Below, in pieces: positions 19,184 to 29,352 of a stretch of 64,000 nucleotides of DNA. Position 1 is the first letter of the stretch; the number at the start of each line of letters is the position of its first letter. Made by a program: the position numbers and the translations under genes. The stretch lies in the IMG/VR virus record IMGVR_UViG_3300009183_004297, positions 6,719 to 70,718 of that record; one strand, 5' to 3'. The notes under the pieces were generated by a model that was not told the origin of the DNA, did not search any database, and was given only the letters and a program-made list of their open reading frames with translations. The DNA is from a virus.

Positions 19184-20224
19184 ATGATCCAGTATGAACA
19201 AATCAAAGAGGTACATCTTGAGTTAAGTACCAACTGTAACGCCAGCTGTCCTCTTTGTCCTCGCAACTTCTATGGGTATCCGCACAACGGAGGATATCCC
19301 ATCACAGAACTATCTCTTGAAGATGTTCAGTCTATACTCAGCCCAGAATTTTTGCAACAATTAAAAATTGTGCAGATCAATGGCAACCTAGGTGATTTTA
19401 TGCTGGCACGTGATGCACTTGCTATTGTAAAATACTTTCGAGAATCAAACCCACTCCTACGAATAGATATCAGTACCAATGCTGGCGCCAGGACAGATGC
19501 ATTCTGGCAAGAGCTGGCACAGTACAAACCAGTGGTACGTTTTTGCATCGACGGACTAGAAGACACTCATTCTTTGTATCGCAGAGATACACAATTCCAA
19601 ACAGTCATACAACATGCACGTGTGTTCATTGAAGCAGGCGGCCATGCCATTTGGAAAATGATTAAATTTGATCACAATCAACATCAAATTGACGAGTGCC
19701 GCACACTGTCCTGGCAACTGGGGTTTGCAAGTTTCAACAGTGTCGACCACGGCCGCAACAACGGTCCTGTGTTTGATCGTGAAGGCAAGCATGTATATTC
19801 AATTGGCGAAACTGTGCAGTACCATGATCCTGCCACACTAATAGACTGGCGCCGACAAAGCATCAACAAACAAGAACACTATATTCATCAGGTGCATGAA
19901 AAAATCACATGTGACACTGTTACTAAAAAAACAATTTATATCAGTGCGGCAGGCGATGTTTACCCTTGTTGCTATCTTGGCTTCTTTCCTAGAACATACG
20001 GATCAGACCTGTACCACGGCAATGATCAAATAAAACAGTTACTAAACGGAGTAGAAAACAATGCCAAACAAAAACCACTCCGCGAATGCATAGAGTGGTT
20101 TAATGCTGTGGAAGAATCATGGCGTCAGGATTCTTTTGAGTCTGGTAGACTATGGCGATGCAATCACCATTGTGGATCTAGTTCACGACCCGCACCAGCT
20201 CAAATATCTCAGACCAGTTCTTGA
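19184..20224 (+). CDS. Radical SAM protein with C-terminal SPASM/twitch domain
   Basis: CNASCPLC, GNLGD, GDVYPCC, CNHHC. Confidence 0.85.
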   Translation: MIQYEQIKEVHLELSTNCNASCPLCPRNFYGYPHNGGYPITELSLEDVQSILSPEFLQQLKIVQINGNLGDFMLARDALAIVKYFRESNPLLRIDISTNAGARTDAFWQELAQYKPVVRFCIDGLEDTHSLYRRDTQFQTVIQHARVFIEAGGHAIWKMIKFDHNQHQIDECRTLSWQLGFASFNSVDHGRNNGPVFDREGKHVYSIGETVQYHDPATLIDWRRQSINKQEHYIHQVHEKITCDTVTKKTIYISAAGDVYPCCYLGFFPRTYGSDLYHGNDQIKQLLNGVENNAKQKPLRECIEWFNAVEESWRQDSFESGRLWRCNHHCGSSSRPAPAQISQTSS

Positions 20225-20765
20225 CGATAGGGTAAGGGCACTCATGCTTCATGTTGTGTCCGTGCTCTATCAGAACGCTGTTGAGTCCGTAATTGTATCC
20301 GAGGTCAGCATTCTCGGGCTTGTCTTCAATCCACCACAGTCTGCTACCACGATACGGCTCTAGTGCCGCGTGTTTGTCACTGCCTGTTTCCAGGCAAACC
20401 ACGTCATCAAACACATCACCGTAGTACTTTTCCAGGTTCATACGGCGCAGTTTCTGTGCATTTTTGTCTGTTGAGAGGCTGGTTATGCACACAAACCGGT
20501 AGCCAAGTTCCTCATTCAATCTCTTCACCCAGTACACACTGTCTCTTAGTGGTGGCAGGAATCCAATGGCAGCTGATTCATTAAACAGCCGGGTAAACTT
20601 CTTGGCTTCTGTCCATGTCAGGTCATCAAACTGCTCGTGGATCTTGTAATAGTCCTTGGCATTAGGCCGTTGCACATAGCCACGTTCTTGCATCCAGATA
20701 GCAAATGCCCATTCCCAATCCAGTAGAACACCATCGCAGTCGGTTAGTATCGTTCGATCATTCAT
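20178..20765 (-). CDS. HAD-superfamily hydrolase (5'-nucleotidase/T4 30.2-like)
   Basis: ILTDCDGVLLDW (DxD) and WIEDK motifs. Confidence 0.8.
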   Translation of the reverse strand: MNDRTILTDCDGVLLDWEWAFAIWMQERGYVQRPNAKDYYKIHEQFDDLTWTEAKKFTRLFNESAAIGFLPPLRDSVYWVKRLNEELGYRFVCITSLSTDKNAQKLRRMNLEKYYGDVFDDVVCLETGSDKHAALEPYRGSRLWWIEDKPENADLGYNYGLNSVLIEHGHNMKHECPYPIVKNWSEIFELVRVVN

Positions 20766-20787
20766 ATATCACCTTGAAAACAAATTA

Positions 20788-20805
20788 GGGGGCCTAAGCC
20801 CCCTG
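20788..20805 (-). terminator. Hairpin after dnaK (probable terminator)
   Basis: AGGGGGC-ctaa-GCCCCT-type stem directly after the stop, followed by a T-rich stretch on the minus strand. Confidence 0.5.
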
Positions 20806-20808
20806 TTA

Positions 20809-22728
20809 TTATTTGCTGTCTTTTACTTCCGTAAAGTCAGCATCCACCACTGTTTCATCTCGGGGCTTTTCGGCCTTGGCCTGATCAGTGTCTTTTTGCT
20901 GTTGGTCCGCAGTGGCCTGTCCCACTACATCATACAACGGCATGAACTTGGGAGCAGTTGCTACCAGCGTTTCTTGAATCTTTTCAGCATCCTCACCTGC
21001 AATGGCACCACGTACTTCTGCAATGGCCTTGCTGATTTCTTCAACTTGTTCTTCGCTTAGTTTATCACCATGCTCTTTCATGTTCTTTTCAACACCCCAT
21101 AGCTGATGCTCTGCGGCATTACGGGCTTCAACCAGCTCACGTTGCTTTTTGTCTGCGTCAGCATTGGCTTCAGCATCAGCAACCATTTGCGCAATCTCAG
21201 CTTCACTCAGTCCAGAGTTGGCCTTGATGGTGATGTTGTTGCTCTTGCCTGTGACTTTGTCTTTGGCACTTACTTTCAAGATGCCATTCACGTCCACATC
21301 AAATGTAACTTCAATCTGTGGTGTACCACGTGCGGCAGGAGGAATGCCATCCAGGCTGAACTCACCCAACAGTTTGTTGTGCTGAGCCATTTCACGTTCG
21401 CCTTGGAATACTCTGATTGTGACAGCAGGCTGGTTGTCTTCCGCAGTGGAGAACACTTGGCTACTCTTGGTAGGAATAGTTGTGTTCTTTGTGATCACCT
21501 TGCTCATGATGCCGCCCATGGTTTCGATACCCAGGCTCAGTGGAGTAACGTCCAGCAACAGAACGTCTTTGCGTCCGCCACCCAGTACATCACCTTGGAT
21601 GGCAGCACCAGCGGCAACTGCTTCGTCGGGGTTCACGTCTTTGCGTGGCGCTTTGCCAAAGAAACTTTCCACGTAACCTTGTACCATTGGCATACGTGTT
21701 TGTCCACCAACCAGCACCACATCATCAATGTCACTGGCACTTAGTCCAGCATCAATCAAGGCCTGGCGGCATGGCTCGATACTACGTTCCACTAGATCCG
21801 TTACCAAGGCTTCTAGCTTGCTACGGCTTAGTTTGATAGCCATGTGTTTGGGGCCACCTGCATCTGCTGTGATGTACGGCAGATTTACTTCAGTTTGCGC
21901 ACTTGAGCTAAGTTCAATCTTTGCTTTCTCTGCCGCGTCCTTTAGACGTTGCAGTGCCAGAGTGTCTTTGCTTAGATCAATGCCCTGTTCCTTTTGGAAC
22001 TCTTCAACCAGGAAGTTGATAATGCGTTGGTCAAAGTCTTCACCGCCCAGGAATGTGTCTCCATTGGTAGCAAGAACTTCAAACTGCATATCGCCATCAA
22101 CGTTTACAATCTCAATAACTGATACGTCAAACGTACCGCCACCTAGATCATACACCGCAATCTTGGCATCCTTCTTGGCGCCTTTGTCCAGGCCGTATGC
22201 CAGTGCGGCTGCTGTGGGCTCGTTGATGATACGCAGTACTTCAAGTCCAGCAATCAGACCTGCGTCTTTGGTTGCTTGGCGTTGACTATCATTGAAGTAT
22301 GCAGGCACTGTGATCACCGCTTGGGTCACTGCTTCGCCCAGGTAGTCCTCTGCGGTCTGCTTCATCTTGCGAAGCACTTCTGCAGAGATTTGTGGAGGTG
22401 CTAGTTCACGATCTCCTGCTTTGATCCAAGCATCTCCATTGGCCGCTTCCATCAAAGTAAACGGCATCTGCTTGATATCTTTTTGCACTTCTTTGTCTTT
22501 GAACTTGCGCCCAATAAGACGTTTGGCGGCAAAAATTGTATTTTTGGAATTTGTGACTGCCTGGCGCTTGGCGCTTGCACCTACTAGAACTTCATCATTA
22601 GCGTATGCAACAATAGATGGTGTTGTACGTGCGCCTTCTGAATTTTCGATTACTTTTGGTTTGCCGTTTTCAATAACAGCCACGCATGAGTTTGTGGTAC
22701 CCAGATCGATACCTATGATTTTAGCCAT
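20809..22728 (-). CDS. dnaK: Chaperone DnaK (Hsp70)
   Basis: [45 protein letters not shown]. Confidence 0.97.
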   Translation of the reverse strand: MAKIIGIDLGTTNSCVAVIENGKPKVIENSEGARTTPSIVAYANDEVLVGASAKRQAVTNSKNTIFAAKRLIGRKFKDKEVQKDIKQMPFTLMEAANGDAWIKAGDRELAPPQISAEVLRKMKQTAEDYLGEAVTQAVITVPAYFNDSQRQATKDAGLIAGLEVLRIINEPTAAALAYGLDKGAKKDAKIAVYDLGGGTFDVSVIEIVNVDGDMQFEVLATNGDTFLGGEDFDQRIINFLVEEFQKEQGIDLSKDTLALQRLKDAAEKAKIELSSSAQTEVNLPYITADAGGPKHMAIKLSRSKLEALVTDLVERSIEPCRQALIDAGLSASDIDDVVLVGGQTRMPMVQGYVESFFGKAPRKDVNPDEAVAAGAAIQGDVLGGGRKDVLLLDVTPLSLGIETMGGIMSKVITKNTTIPTKSSQVFSTAEDNQPAVTIRVFQGEREMAQHNKLLGEFSLDGIPPAARGTPQIEVTFDVDVNGILKVSAKDKVTGKSNNITIKANSGLSEAEIAQMVADAEANADADKKQRELVEARNAAEHQLWGVEKNMKEHGDKLSEEQVEEISKAIAEVRGAIAGEDAEKIQETLVATAPKFMPLYDVVGQATADQQQKDTDQAKAEKPRDETVVDADFTEVKDSK

Positions 22729-22820
22729 TCTTATTCTCCTTTAACAAATGGTGTTGTACGCAGACCCAATCGGCATCTGCGTACAAATATTTATACCTGA
22801 TTGTACAGGAGATCTGTGAT

Positions 22821-23222
22821 TTATGCAATAGTTTTGGAATTAATATCTTGCTTGAGCACAGCCCAGCGGTACATGGGTTCAACTTCACGCATGAACTCCT
22901 CACCCACATCCATGCTCACAAAGTTGTACTCTTGCATGCCTTGTTCACTGTAGGTAATGTCCTCGCAGGCTTTGCTAGTGAAACCCAGGCTACGCATCAG
23001 CGCACGGAATTCACCAATCCAGCGCGGGTCAGTATAGATGAGTCCTGTTTCGTTGCAGTTCCAAGTCTTGGTATCAAAGTAAGCACGGAGCTCACCATAA
23101 TCACCGTTTTCGTAGGTGTCTGCAAGTTCCACACGAACCACAGTAACAGCCTGCTCAAATTGTGTCCAAAGACCCTGACCGTTGGTGTGAGTTTGCCAGT
23201 TGACTTTTTTACTAAATTCCAT
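22821..23222 (-). CDS. Hypothetical early phage protein
   Basis: GLIYTD and YSEQGMQ motifs; in a sigma70-driven trio. Confidence 0.65.
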   Translation of the reverse strand: MEFSKKVNWQTHTNGQGLWTQFEQAVTVVRVELADTYENGDYGELRAYFDTKTWNCNETGLIYTDPRWIGEFRALMRSLGFTSKACEDITYSEQGMQEYNFVSMDVGEEFMREVEPMYRWAVLKQDINSKTIA

Positions 23223-23224
23223 TG

Positions 23225-23506
23225 TTACATACTCCAGTAGGTTTCGCTTGCAGGGTTGCAACACCAAGGGGTGTCACGATCAATTTGAATGTCTTTGCCA
23301 GTCATCAAATTCTTCACAGTTTGCATTGTAGCATGAAACTCAATGCGGAACTGGCTGGTAGGGTACAGTTGGTATTGCAGTTCACGCACTTCTCGGCGCA
23401 TTTCTGCCGCATCACGATGTTGCCAAACTGTGGTACTAAACAAACGCTCGCCAGTTTTGGTACGACGGTCTGTTTTGTAGATGTACATGGTATGTGACTG
23501 TTTCAT
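23225..23506 (-). CDS. Hypothetical early phage protein
   Basis: VKNLMTG..TPWCCNPASETYWSM; GGAGG RBS. Confidence 0.7.
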   Translation of the reverse strand: MKQSHTMYIYKTDRRTKTGERLFSTTVWQHRDAAEMRREVRELQYQLYPTSQFRIEFHATMQTVKNLMTGKDIQIDRDTPWCCNPASETYWSM

Positions 23507-23507
23507 A

Positions 23508-23744
23508 TCAAACCTCCTGAGCAGTAAGACGAGCGTCCATCATTTCGCTAAGAATGAACTTGGCAATGTTCATGTGCTTGCGAGCGGCTTCGTTACGGCC
23601 CATCGCCAGCAGTTCTTGTGCATCGCTCAGCACACCCATTGCAACCATTTCCAGTCCTGTGAAGCGAGCAGTGATGCTCTGCATGTATTGTTCACGGATA
23701 TCTTCTTGCGACATACCGTAGCAGTTGGTTTCAAATTCTGTCAT
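23508..23744 (-). CDS. Hypothetical early phage protein
   Basis: AAGGAG RBS; downstream of a promoter. Confidence 0.65.
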   Translation of the reverse strand: MTEFETNCYGMSQEDIREQYMQSITARFTGLEMVAMGVLSDAQELLAMGRNEAARKHMNIAKFILSEMMDARLTAQEV

Positions 23745-23774
23745 TTCTAGCTCCTTTTTGCTTACTATGACTAT

Positions 23775-23804
23775 AGTATAGCATTAAACGGATTTATTGG
23801 TCAA
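23775..23804 (-). promoter_or_regulatory. Sigma70-like early promoter
   Basis: TTGACC-18nt-TATACT with an extended TG. Confidence 0.55.
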
Positions 23805-23869
23805 CCGTTTTTAGGTGCTGTAAGTCGTTGATTTTGAACAGATTTTTGCACTGCAAGTGCAAGATTTGC

Positions 23870-24109
23870 TTATTTTTTAAGCAGTTTTTGGTGCAGGGCG
23901 TTCAAATAGTCCGTTTGGGCACGGAGTCTGCGTTCCAGCTGATCCATTTTTTGTTGCATGAATGCCAGCAGTTGTTCGTGGTGTTGCAGTGCTTCGCGGG
24001 TGTCTTTGAGCTCTTTGACTTGGCCCAGCAAGGTAGGACGTGGAGGAGCATTTGGGTCAACTGCACGTTTTTTCTTTTGCCTGTACTGGCGAAGCATTGC
24101 TGGGTTCAT
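23870..24109 (-). CDS. Small coiled-coil hypothetical protein
   Basis: 79 aa; coupled to the upstream gene. Confidence 0.6.
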   Translation of the reverse strand: MNPAMLRQYRQKKKRAVDPNAPPRPTLLGQVKELKDTREALQHHEQLLAFMQQKMDQLERRLRAQTDYLNALHQKLLKK

Positions 24110-24429
24110 AGTATATATTTATCGTCCAACACACCAGGTACCTTGACAACCACTGTGTAGGTATCTTCTAGATAATGGCATTCGCATACATCGCCCGGTT
24201 CCATAACAATGATATCACCAGCGGTGTATTCTTGTCCGCTCATGACCACACGGCCAGCAGTGATAAGGTTTATCTCTGTTGCAATTTTATGGGTGTGGGC
24301 CGCACATGACTCGCCTTTGAGATTGGACTGATAGGCCACTTCGCAGGCACTGGTTTTGAACACAGCTTTTTCAAACTGGCCAATGAACCAACCTCGTTCA
24401 CCACTGTCACTGTGTCGTAACTTCTTCAT
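24106..24429 (-). CDS. Cupin-fold protein
   Basis: RGWFIGQF, HTHK..TEINLIT.G, GDIIVMEPG. Confidence 0.75.
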   Translation of the reverse strand: MKKLRHSDSGERGWFIGQFEKAVFKTSACEVAYQSNLKGESCAAHTHKIATEINLITAGRVVMSGQEYTAGDIIVMEPGDVCECHYLEDTYTVVVKVPGVLDDKYIL

Positions 24430-24787
24430 GGGGTCCCTCCTGATCTATTTCTTTTTGCAGTCGTTCCACAACGCCAGTTAGATAGGTTGGATCTAGTTGT
24501 GCCATTATGCGAGTGATATAGTCGCTGTAGTTGGTAAAGAAGTATTCAAAGATCTCGTCAAAGGCACCTTCACTTTTGAAAGTGTTGCGTATGACTGTAT
24601 GGTTGTTGAGATCTAAGATAACATGAGCAGTTTGGTCTTTGGTGCCAAGTCTGCGCACAATTTCTACCTTCTCATCCCACTGCACATTGTCAGGATTATC
24701 CATCCAGCCCTTTTGACTTGTTTTTACTCCTGGGCGTGGTTTACGAAAGTACCAGGCTACCAAATGTATGTTGTGTTTTCTAGACAT
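24407..24787 (-). CDS. Hypothetical phage protein
   Basis: 126 aa ORF in the operon. Confidence 0.65.
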   Translation of the reverse strand: MSRKHNIHLVAWYFRKPRPGVKTSQKGWMDNPDNVQWDEKVEIVRRLGTKDQTAHVILDLNNHTVIRNTFKSEGAFDEIFEYFFTNYSDYITRIMAQLDPTYLTGVVERLQKEIDQEGPHEEVTTQ

Positions 24788-25877
24788 TGAAATTTACTCC
24801 TAGATAGTCTTGATGATTGATTTTTCTTCGTTGGTCGATACTGTTTATATATCCACGTAGCAGGTCAGAGTTGCCTGTTTTTTCTACCTGTATATGAGCA
24901 TGATCAACGACTCGTTTGAATGCCATGTCGGTGCTGTAAAAACGACAATCTTGTAATTTTGTTAACTGTTGCTTTGCCAAGAACTTGAACTGCGTTGGTA
25001 GGTTTTCTATCAGCAAGGTATCGGGCATGACAAGGTTTTCTATGTTCCAGTGGTCTGCATATTCTTCTATTTCAATCAGTTGTCCAACACCAAGCACACT
25101 CACAGCATCTATCACAGTGTTGAACATGATATTGTTTTTGCCCACAAAGTCTTTTGCTTGGTTAAGATTACGCATGAACTTGGCCCAAACAAGAGGCCAG
25201 CGATGATATGCATTCACCTGACCAAAAGCATCTACGCTCACTACCAATGTAAGATTCTTAATAAGAGATAACTGTGCAAAAGTTTCATCGCTTACGCTGG
25301 TTAAGTTGGTGTTGATTACTAGTTCGGGTTGTTGTTCCTGTTGAGAAATAGCGGCTATCAACTTCAAGCATTCGTCAATCAGCAATGGCTCGCCGCCAGC
25401 TAGATACACATACTTGGCTTCCAACATCTTGTGGTGATTGAACGGAACTGGAGTACTGGGCGGCATGCCTAGCTCGCGGGCCCACAAACTGCTGGCGCCA
25501 TACCAACACATCACACAACCTAGATTGCAGGTATTGTCAGCACGTAGGTCATAGGAAACAATGTCAGGAAGTTGTCCTGTTTGCCAAGAAGAAAGATATT
25601 GCTTTACCTCAGGGTCTTTTAACCAACGTACGGTGTGTTTTTGTCTTGGACTAATTTGCCCGGATGCTTCCAAGTTGTAACAGTTGTTGCAGTGAGCAAT
25701 AGGCTGACCATTCCATATTTGCTGACGTAAACTATCGCTGTGATCATCAAACACATCACCAATTGGCAAGTTTGAATCACAACAGAGATAGTTCTTTTTA
25801 AGTACGCCCTGGTGCTGGTGTATAAACGGCAGTGCGCAAAAGGTCTTGTTACCAAGACGCTTTAGGATATCTGACAT
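24780..25877 (-). CDS. Radical SAM protein with N-terminal twitch-like Cys cluster
   Basis: CNLGCVMC, AGGEPLL, INTN; N-terminal CALPF..CC..CNNC. Confidence 0.85.
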   Translation of the reverse strand: MSDILKRLGNKTFCALPFIHQHQGVLKKNYLCCDSNLPIGDVFDDHSDSLRQQIWNGQPIAHCNNCYNLEASGQISPRQKHTVRWLKDPEVKQYLSSWQTGQLPDIVSYDLRADNTCNLGCVMCWYGASSLWARELGMPPSTPVPFNHHKMLEAKYVYLAGGEPLLIDECLKLIAAISQQEQQPELVINTNLTSVSDETFAQLSLIKNLTLVVSVDAFGQVNAYHRWPLVWAKFMRNLNQAKDFVGKNNIMFNTVIDAVSVLGVGQLIEIEEYADHWNIENLVMPDTLLIENLPTQFKFLAKQQLTKLQDCRFYSTDMAFKRVVDHAHIQVEKTGNSDLLRGYINSIDQRRKINHQDYLGVNFNV

Positions 25878-26782
25878 AGTTCGGTTATGGTAGCACTCAA
25901 GTTGATCTCGTGATCAGCTACCAATGGAATCTTGGCAATACCATTTCGAATAATAATAATTGCTTCATCTTGTTTTTCAGGAGTGTTACCCCACAAGTCA
26001 AGATTGTCGTACATCCAACGGAACATGTCGTCCATTTCGTCCACACGCACACTGGCACACAGTAGCTTACGAGCATCATAAATTTTGCCAGCTTTGAATA
26101 AGTCCACAGCGGCCAGCTTGTAATCAGCAGTACCACCTTCATCCTTGCCAGCCTTGGCCAAGGTACCAGACGTTGAGTTTGCTTGACTTAGATTCAAACA
26201 TTTGCGCAGGTCTGGATATGTTGCTTTGACATAGCTGTCCAGCGTATCCAATTCAAAATCTACACCTTCTGTGACCAACACAGTGGCCACACGTGCAGTG
26301 AATTCTGTATGGTCTGTGCTGTCAATATGGAATCCTTGGCAACGACTTTGCAGTGCAGGAATCACATAATGACGTTTGTTGCAAGTAAGAATAAACCTTG
26401 CTGTGTTAGAATAAGTTTCCATCAAGCCACGCAACACAGCCTGTGCGTTATGACTCAAGTAGTCGGCTTCGTCCAGCAACACAATCTTGAATTCACCAAA
26501 CGGCATGGTCTGCACAAAGCCTTCGATCTTGTCTCGAATAAATTCAACGCCGTTGTCTCGACTGGCATTGATCTGCAAGAAGTCGTATTCGTCAATGTCT
26601 AGACTATTAACTAATACTTTGGCAAGAGTTGTTTTGCCTGTGCCCGGACTACCAGAGAACAGCAAGTGAGGAATAGTTTTTTCTTGGATCCATGAACTCA
26701 CTTGTTCACGCTGATTTGCACTTTGAAAAACATAATCTTCAATTTTGCTTGGACGGTATTTTTCTACCCAGAGTTCTTTCAT
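25862..26782 (-). CDS. Sliding-clamp loader small subunit (RFC/T4 gp44-like AAA+)
   Basis: LWVEKYRP, GSPGTGKTT, INAS, LDEAD, SRC motif. Confidence 0.92.
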   Translation of the reverse strand: MKELWVEKYRPSKIEDYVFQSANQREQVSSWIQEKTIPHLLFSGSPGTGKTTLAKVLVNSLDIDEYDFLQINASRDNGVEFIRDKIEGFVQTMPFGEFKIVLLDEADYLSHNAQAVLRGLMETYSNTARFILTCNKRHYVIPALQSRCQGFHIDSTDHTEFTARVATVLVTEGVDFELDTLDSYVKATYPDLRKCLNLSQANSTSGTLAKAGKDEGGTADYKLAAVDLFKAGKIYDARKLLCASVRVDEMDDMFRWMYDNLDLWGNTPEKQDEAIIIIRNGIAKIPLVADHEINLSATITELCQIS

Positions 26783-27297
26783 TTCTTTACCTTTGTTTCT
26801 TCGTATACCACACGGCGCACAACCTTGCCATCATCCTCAATCTTGGGATCCTTACGCTCGGGTTCAGTAATGGGCTCTTTCTTAACAAAAAGACCTACAG
26901 CATCGTTGAACGTTTGTTGTTGTGCATGATACATGCGAAGCTCGTCTTCTGTCAATGGACGAGCCTGCCGGAAGAATGTGTTGCCTAATAGATACGCCAC
27001 AAATCTCACATGGTAAGTGATCAACGATAACAGCATCACCAGGGTAATGCCCACTGCCAATACAGTCTGGGTATAGCAGTTAAACACCAGTTCCAACATG
27101 AGACTCCAGAATCCAGTAACACCCAGATCCAGTTCGTCTTCTTTTGTTTTTTGATCAAAACTGCGAATGTGCGTGTTTAGTGTTTGATGTAGGTCTGATC
27201 TGCTTTGATGCAGTATGTCAAGTAGGCCTCGAAACACCTGTGTCAGTGTTGTGGTTACGGTCTTTTTAGTATTTCCACGATCCGTTGTTGTTCCCAT
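26779..27297 (-). CDS. Hypothetical membrane protein
   Basis: Hydrophobic central segment; start uncertain. Confidence 0.5.
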   Translation of the reverse strand: MGTTTDRGNTKKTVTTTLTQVFRGLLDILHQSRSDLHQTLNTHIRSFDQKTKEDELDLGVTGFWSLMLELVFNCYTQTVLAVGITLVMLLSLITYHVRFVAYLLGNTFFRQARPLTEDELRMYHAQQQTFNDAVGLFVKKEPITEPERKDPKIEDDGKVVRRVVYEETKVKK

Positions 27298-27479
27298 TCT
27301 TCTTCTCCGGTAAATGTTGGTAGTGAATTATATTCGTCTTCTAACCAGCATTTTAGCAGATAAAGTTCGTGTTTGCAATAGCTTCCGGTAAAACCCTCGT
27401 TGTATGGAGAATTTATTTCTCGAAGAGCTGTTCGAACAGCATCGTAAGCGTCTTCGAGACTTGGTTTACGGAACCCCAT
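27255..27479 (-). CDS. Hypothetical protein
   Basis: 74 aa ORF. Confidence 0.6.
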   Translation of the reverse strand: MGFRKPSLEDAYDAVRTALREINSPYNEGFTGSYCKHELYLLKCWLEDEYNSLPTFTGEEEWEQQRIVEILKRP

Positions 27480-27480
27480 G

Positions 27481-27900
27481 TCAGTCCCGAGATTTGCGTT
27501 CCGCCATCACAGCAGTGGAAGTGGTTTCGTCATCTAACGGACGTGTGTCGCTGACAAAAATAACTGCGGCAGGATCCACTCGTTGGATTAAAAATTCCTC
27601 GTCGTCCACTTCTACTTGCAGTGCTCGACTCCAGCGACCGTGTTCAATCATGATCCACTGCCCGGGTACAACATCAACTTGATCTGGACCCACTGCATAT
27701 ACTTCTGCCCAGCGAGGACGAATACCTTCAGTCTTGCCGTTGTCGCCAAGAAGCACAATACCACTGTTTAGTTTGCGTTCAGAGAATGTCATGTCTTTGA
27801 CAATGATATTGTCCTTGAGTGGCACAAGTCGTTTGATCTTGTGTGTAAATCTTACGCCGCCGTGATCCTTGAACAGATCTCGCATGTCTGGTTGTTGCAT
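27481..27900 (-). CDS. groES: GroES/Cpn10-like co-chaperonin
   Basis: LVPLKDNIIV, SGIVL mobile loop, VYAVGP, VVPGQ. Confidence 0.75.
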   Translation of the reverse strand: MQQPDMRDLFKDHGGVRFTHKIKRLVPLKDNIIVKDMTFSERKLNSGIVLLGDNGKTEGIRPRWAEVYAVGPDQVDVVPGQWIMIEHGRWSRALQVEVDDEEFLIQRVDPAAVIFVSDTRPLDDETTSTAVMAERKSRD

Positions 27901-27909
27901 GATTTCCTC

Positions 27910-28398
27910 TTAGATTCTTGATGGACCGGATGGTTTGTTACCCTTGGGCTTGAGCAACTCTTGATTGACCACAGCAGTTTTTGCCACAGCGTCAGCAAGG
28001 CTACCGCGAAGGTTCTTTGAAGGTGGTGCATCTTCTGCACGTGCATCTTCTTGTGCTAGTTCTGCTAACAATGGATCCACAGTGCTGTTCTGTGCATTGT
28101 GTGGAACAGGATTTTGAAACACGTCAGGATCTGGACCTTCTGCTGTCAACCGTGCGCCAGCTCGTGCATTGGTATTTCGAATTTGATCAACACGTTCTTC
28201 TGTGTAGATTGCATTGTTCTTGTAGTACTCGCCCATGACTTCTTTCTTTTCTCGAGCAATTTCGCCGCCTGACCCTAGCTCATCACCACGAGCATTGACC
28301 TTCATGTTTCCCACTGCAACTGCTTCTTCATTAGAAAGGCGCAATCCATCCATATCCACAGCTTTGCCCATGGCTGATCTGTATAAGTTTTTTGACAT
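27910..28398 (-). CDS. Hypothetical phage protein
   Basis: AVGNMKVNARGDELG motif. Confidence 0.7.
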   Translation of the reverse strand: MSKNLYRSAMGKAVDMDGLRLSNEEAVAVGNMKVNARGDELGSGGEIAREKKEVMGEYYKNNAIYTEERVDQIRNTNARAGARLTAEGPDPDVFQNPVPHNAQNSTVDPLLAELAQEDARAEDAPPSKNLRGSLADAVAKTAVVNQELLKPKGNKPSGPSRI

Positions 28399-28409
28399 TT
28401 ATTTCTCCG

Positions 28410-28925
28410 TTATTTTAAGAACTCAGCTGGATCAAGATCATAGTACAAACTGTCAATTTTGTGTACACCAATTTTGTACAGTACATAACTACTCACGCTA
28501 GATCCACGCCCTACACCCCAAACAATTTTGTTTGTTCTTAGGGTGTCTACTAGATATTTAAGGTATTGCAGTAGTGTCAACAGATTTCTAGCCTGGAACA
28601 ACAACAACTCATGCCCGCATCGTTGTAGTTCAGCATCTGTGGCACATTGTTCAAGCACCCATTTTGCAATATCTAATTGTTTGTATTGTTCTGGCATGTG
28701 CCAGTTGCTTTGTTGACGTTGATCAAATTCTTCTACTGTGAGAGTATGAATGGGATCAAACTGTGTCAATACCGGCAGGTCAGCATACAGCTGACGTACC
28801 GCTTGATTGTAGGAGGCAGAATCTTCTACATTAAATCTGGAGAGGTCAAGTGTTGGATTTTTGTAAAGCAGTTCACACAATTCGTCTTGTGTGGTATATG
28901 CTTGTCCATAGCTGTTGTATTTCAT
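28410..28925 (-). CDS. dnaE: DNA polymerase III alpha (DnaE) fragment, palm N-portion only
   Basis: YLKYLVD..R..IVWGVGRGSSVSSYVLYKIGVHKID; ends before the PDIDxD catalytic motif. Confidence 0.8.
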   Translation of the reverse strand: MKYNSYGQAYTTQDELCELLYKNPTLDLSRFNVEDSASYNQAVRQLYADLPVLTQFDPIHTLTVEEFDQRQQSNWHMPEQYKQLDIAKWVLEQCATDAELQRCGHELLLFQARNLLTLLQYLKYLVDTLRTNKIVWGVGRGSSVSSYVLYKIGVHKIDSLYYDLDPAEFLK

Positions 28926-29161
28926 TTGATATCAATGATACCTTTGAAATTTTTACTATTTTTTTCCATTTCTTCCAGTTGCCTGGCTTGTCTGTTGCCA
29001 ATCTCAACTTGGTAGTCATTGATCAACATTTGCAGTTGACCCATAACACTCACTGGCCCAAATCGATAAGCCTGGGTGTACCGAGCCTGGAGGTCATTGA
29101 ACTTTTTGTACAATTCTTCTGTACTGAGTTCTTTGAGATTCGGAGCCAGTGGATGAAACAC
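28922..29161 (-). CDS. Hypothetical protein
   Basis: 79 aa helical ORF. Confidence 0.6.
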   Translation of the reverse strand: MFHPLAPNLKELSTEELYKKFNDLQARYTQAYRFGPVSVMGQLQMLINDYQVEIGNRQARQLEEMEKNSKNFKGIIDIK

Positions 29162-29163
29162 TG

Positions 29164-29352
29164 TTAGGCCTTGGCTTCTTTACGTGCGTTCTTTTCAGCA
29201 GTGATTTCATTGCGGCGAGCTTTGATTAGCTTGCCAACTTCTGCTAGTGCTTTGCGAGCACGTGTTCCTGCGGCTGAGTTACCAGCTGTGAACTTTTCGT
29301 CCTCTTTAGACCATGCTTCGATTGCTTCTTTGATTGATTGTGCTGATGACAT
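29164..29352 (-). CDS. Histone H1-like protein (Hc1 family)
   Basis: EKFTAGNSAAGTRARKALAE...RRNEI. Confidence 0.8.
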   Translation of the reverse strand: MSSAQSIKEAIEAWSKEDEKFTAGNSAAGTRARKALAEVGKLIKARRNEITAEKNARKEAKA

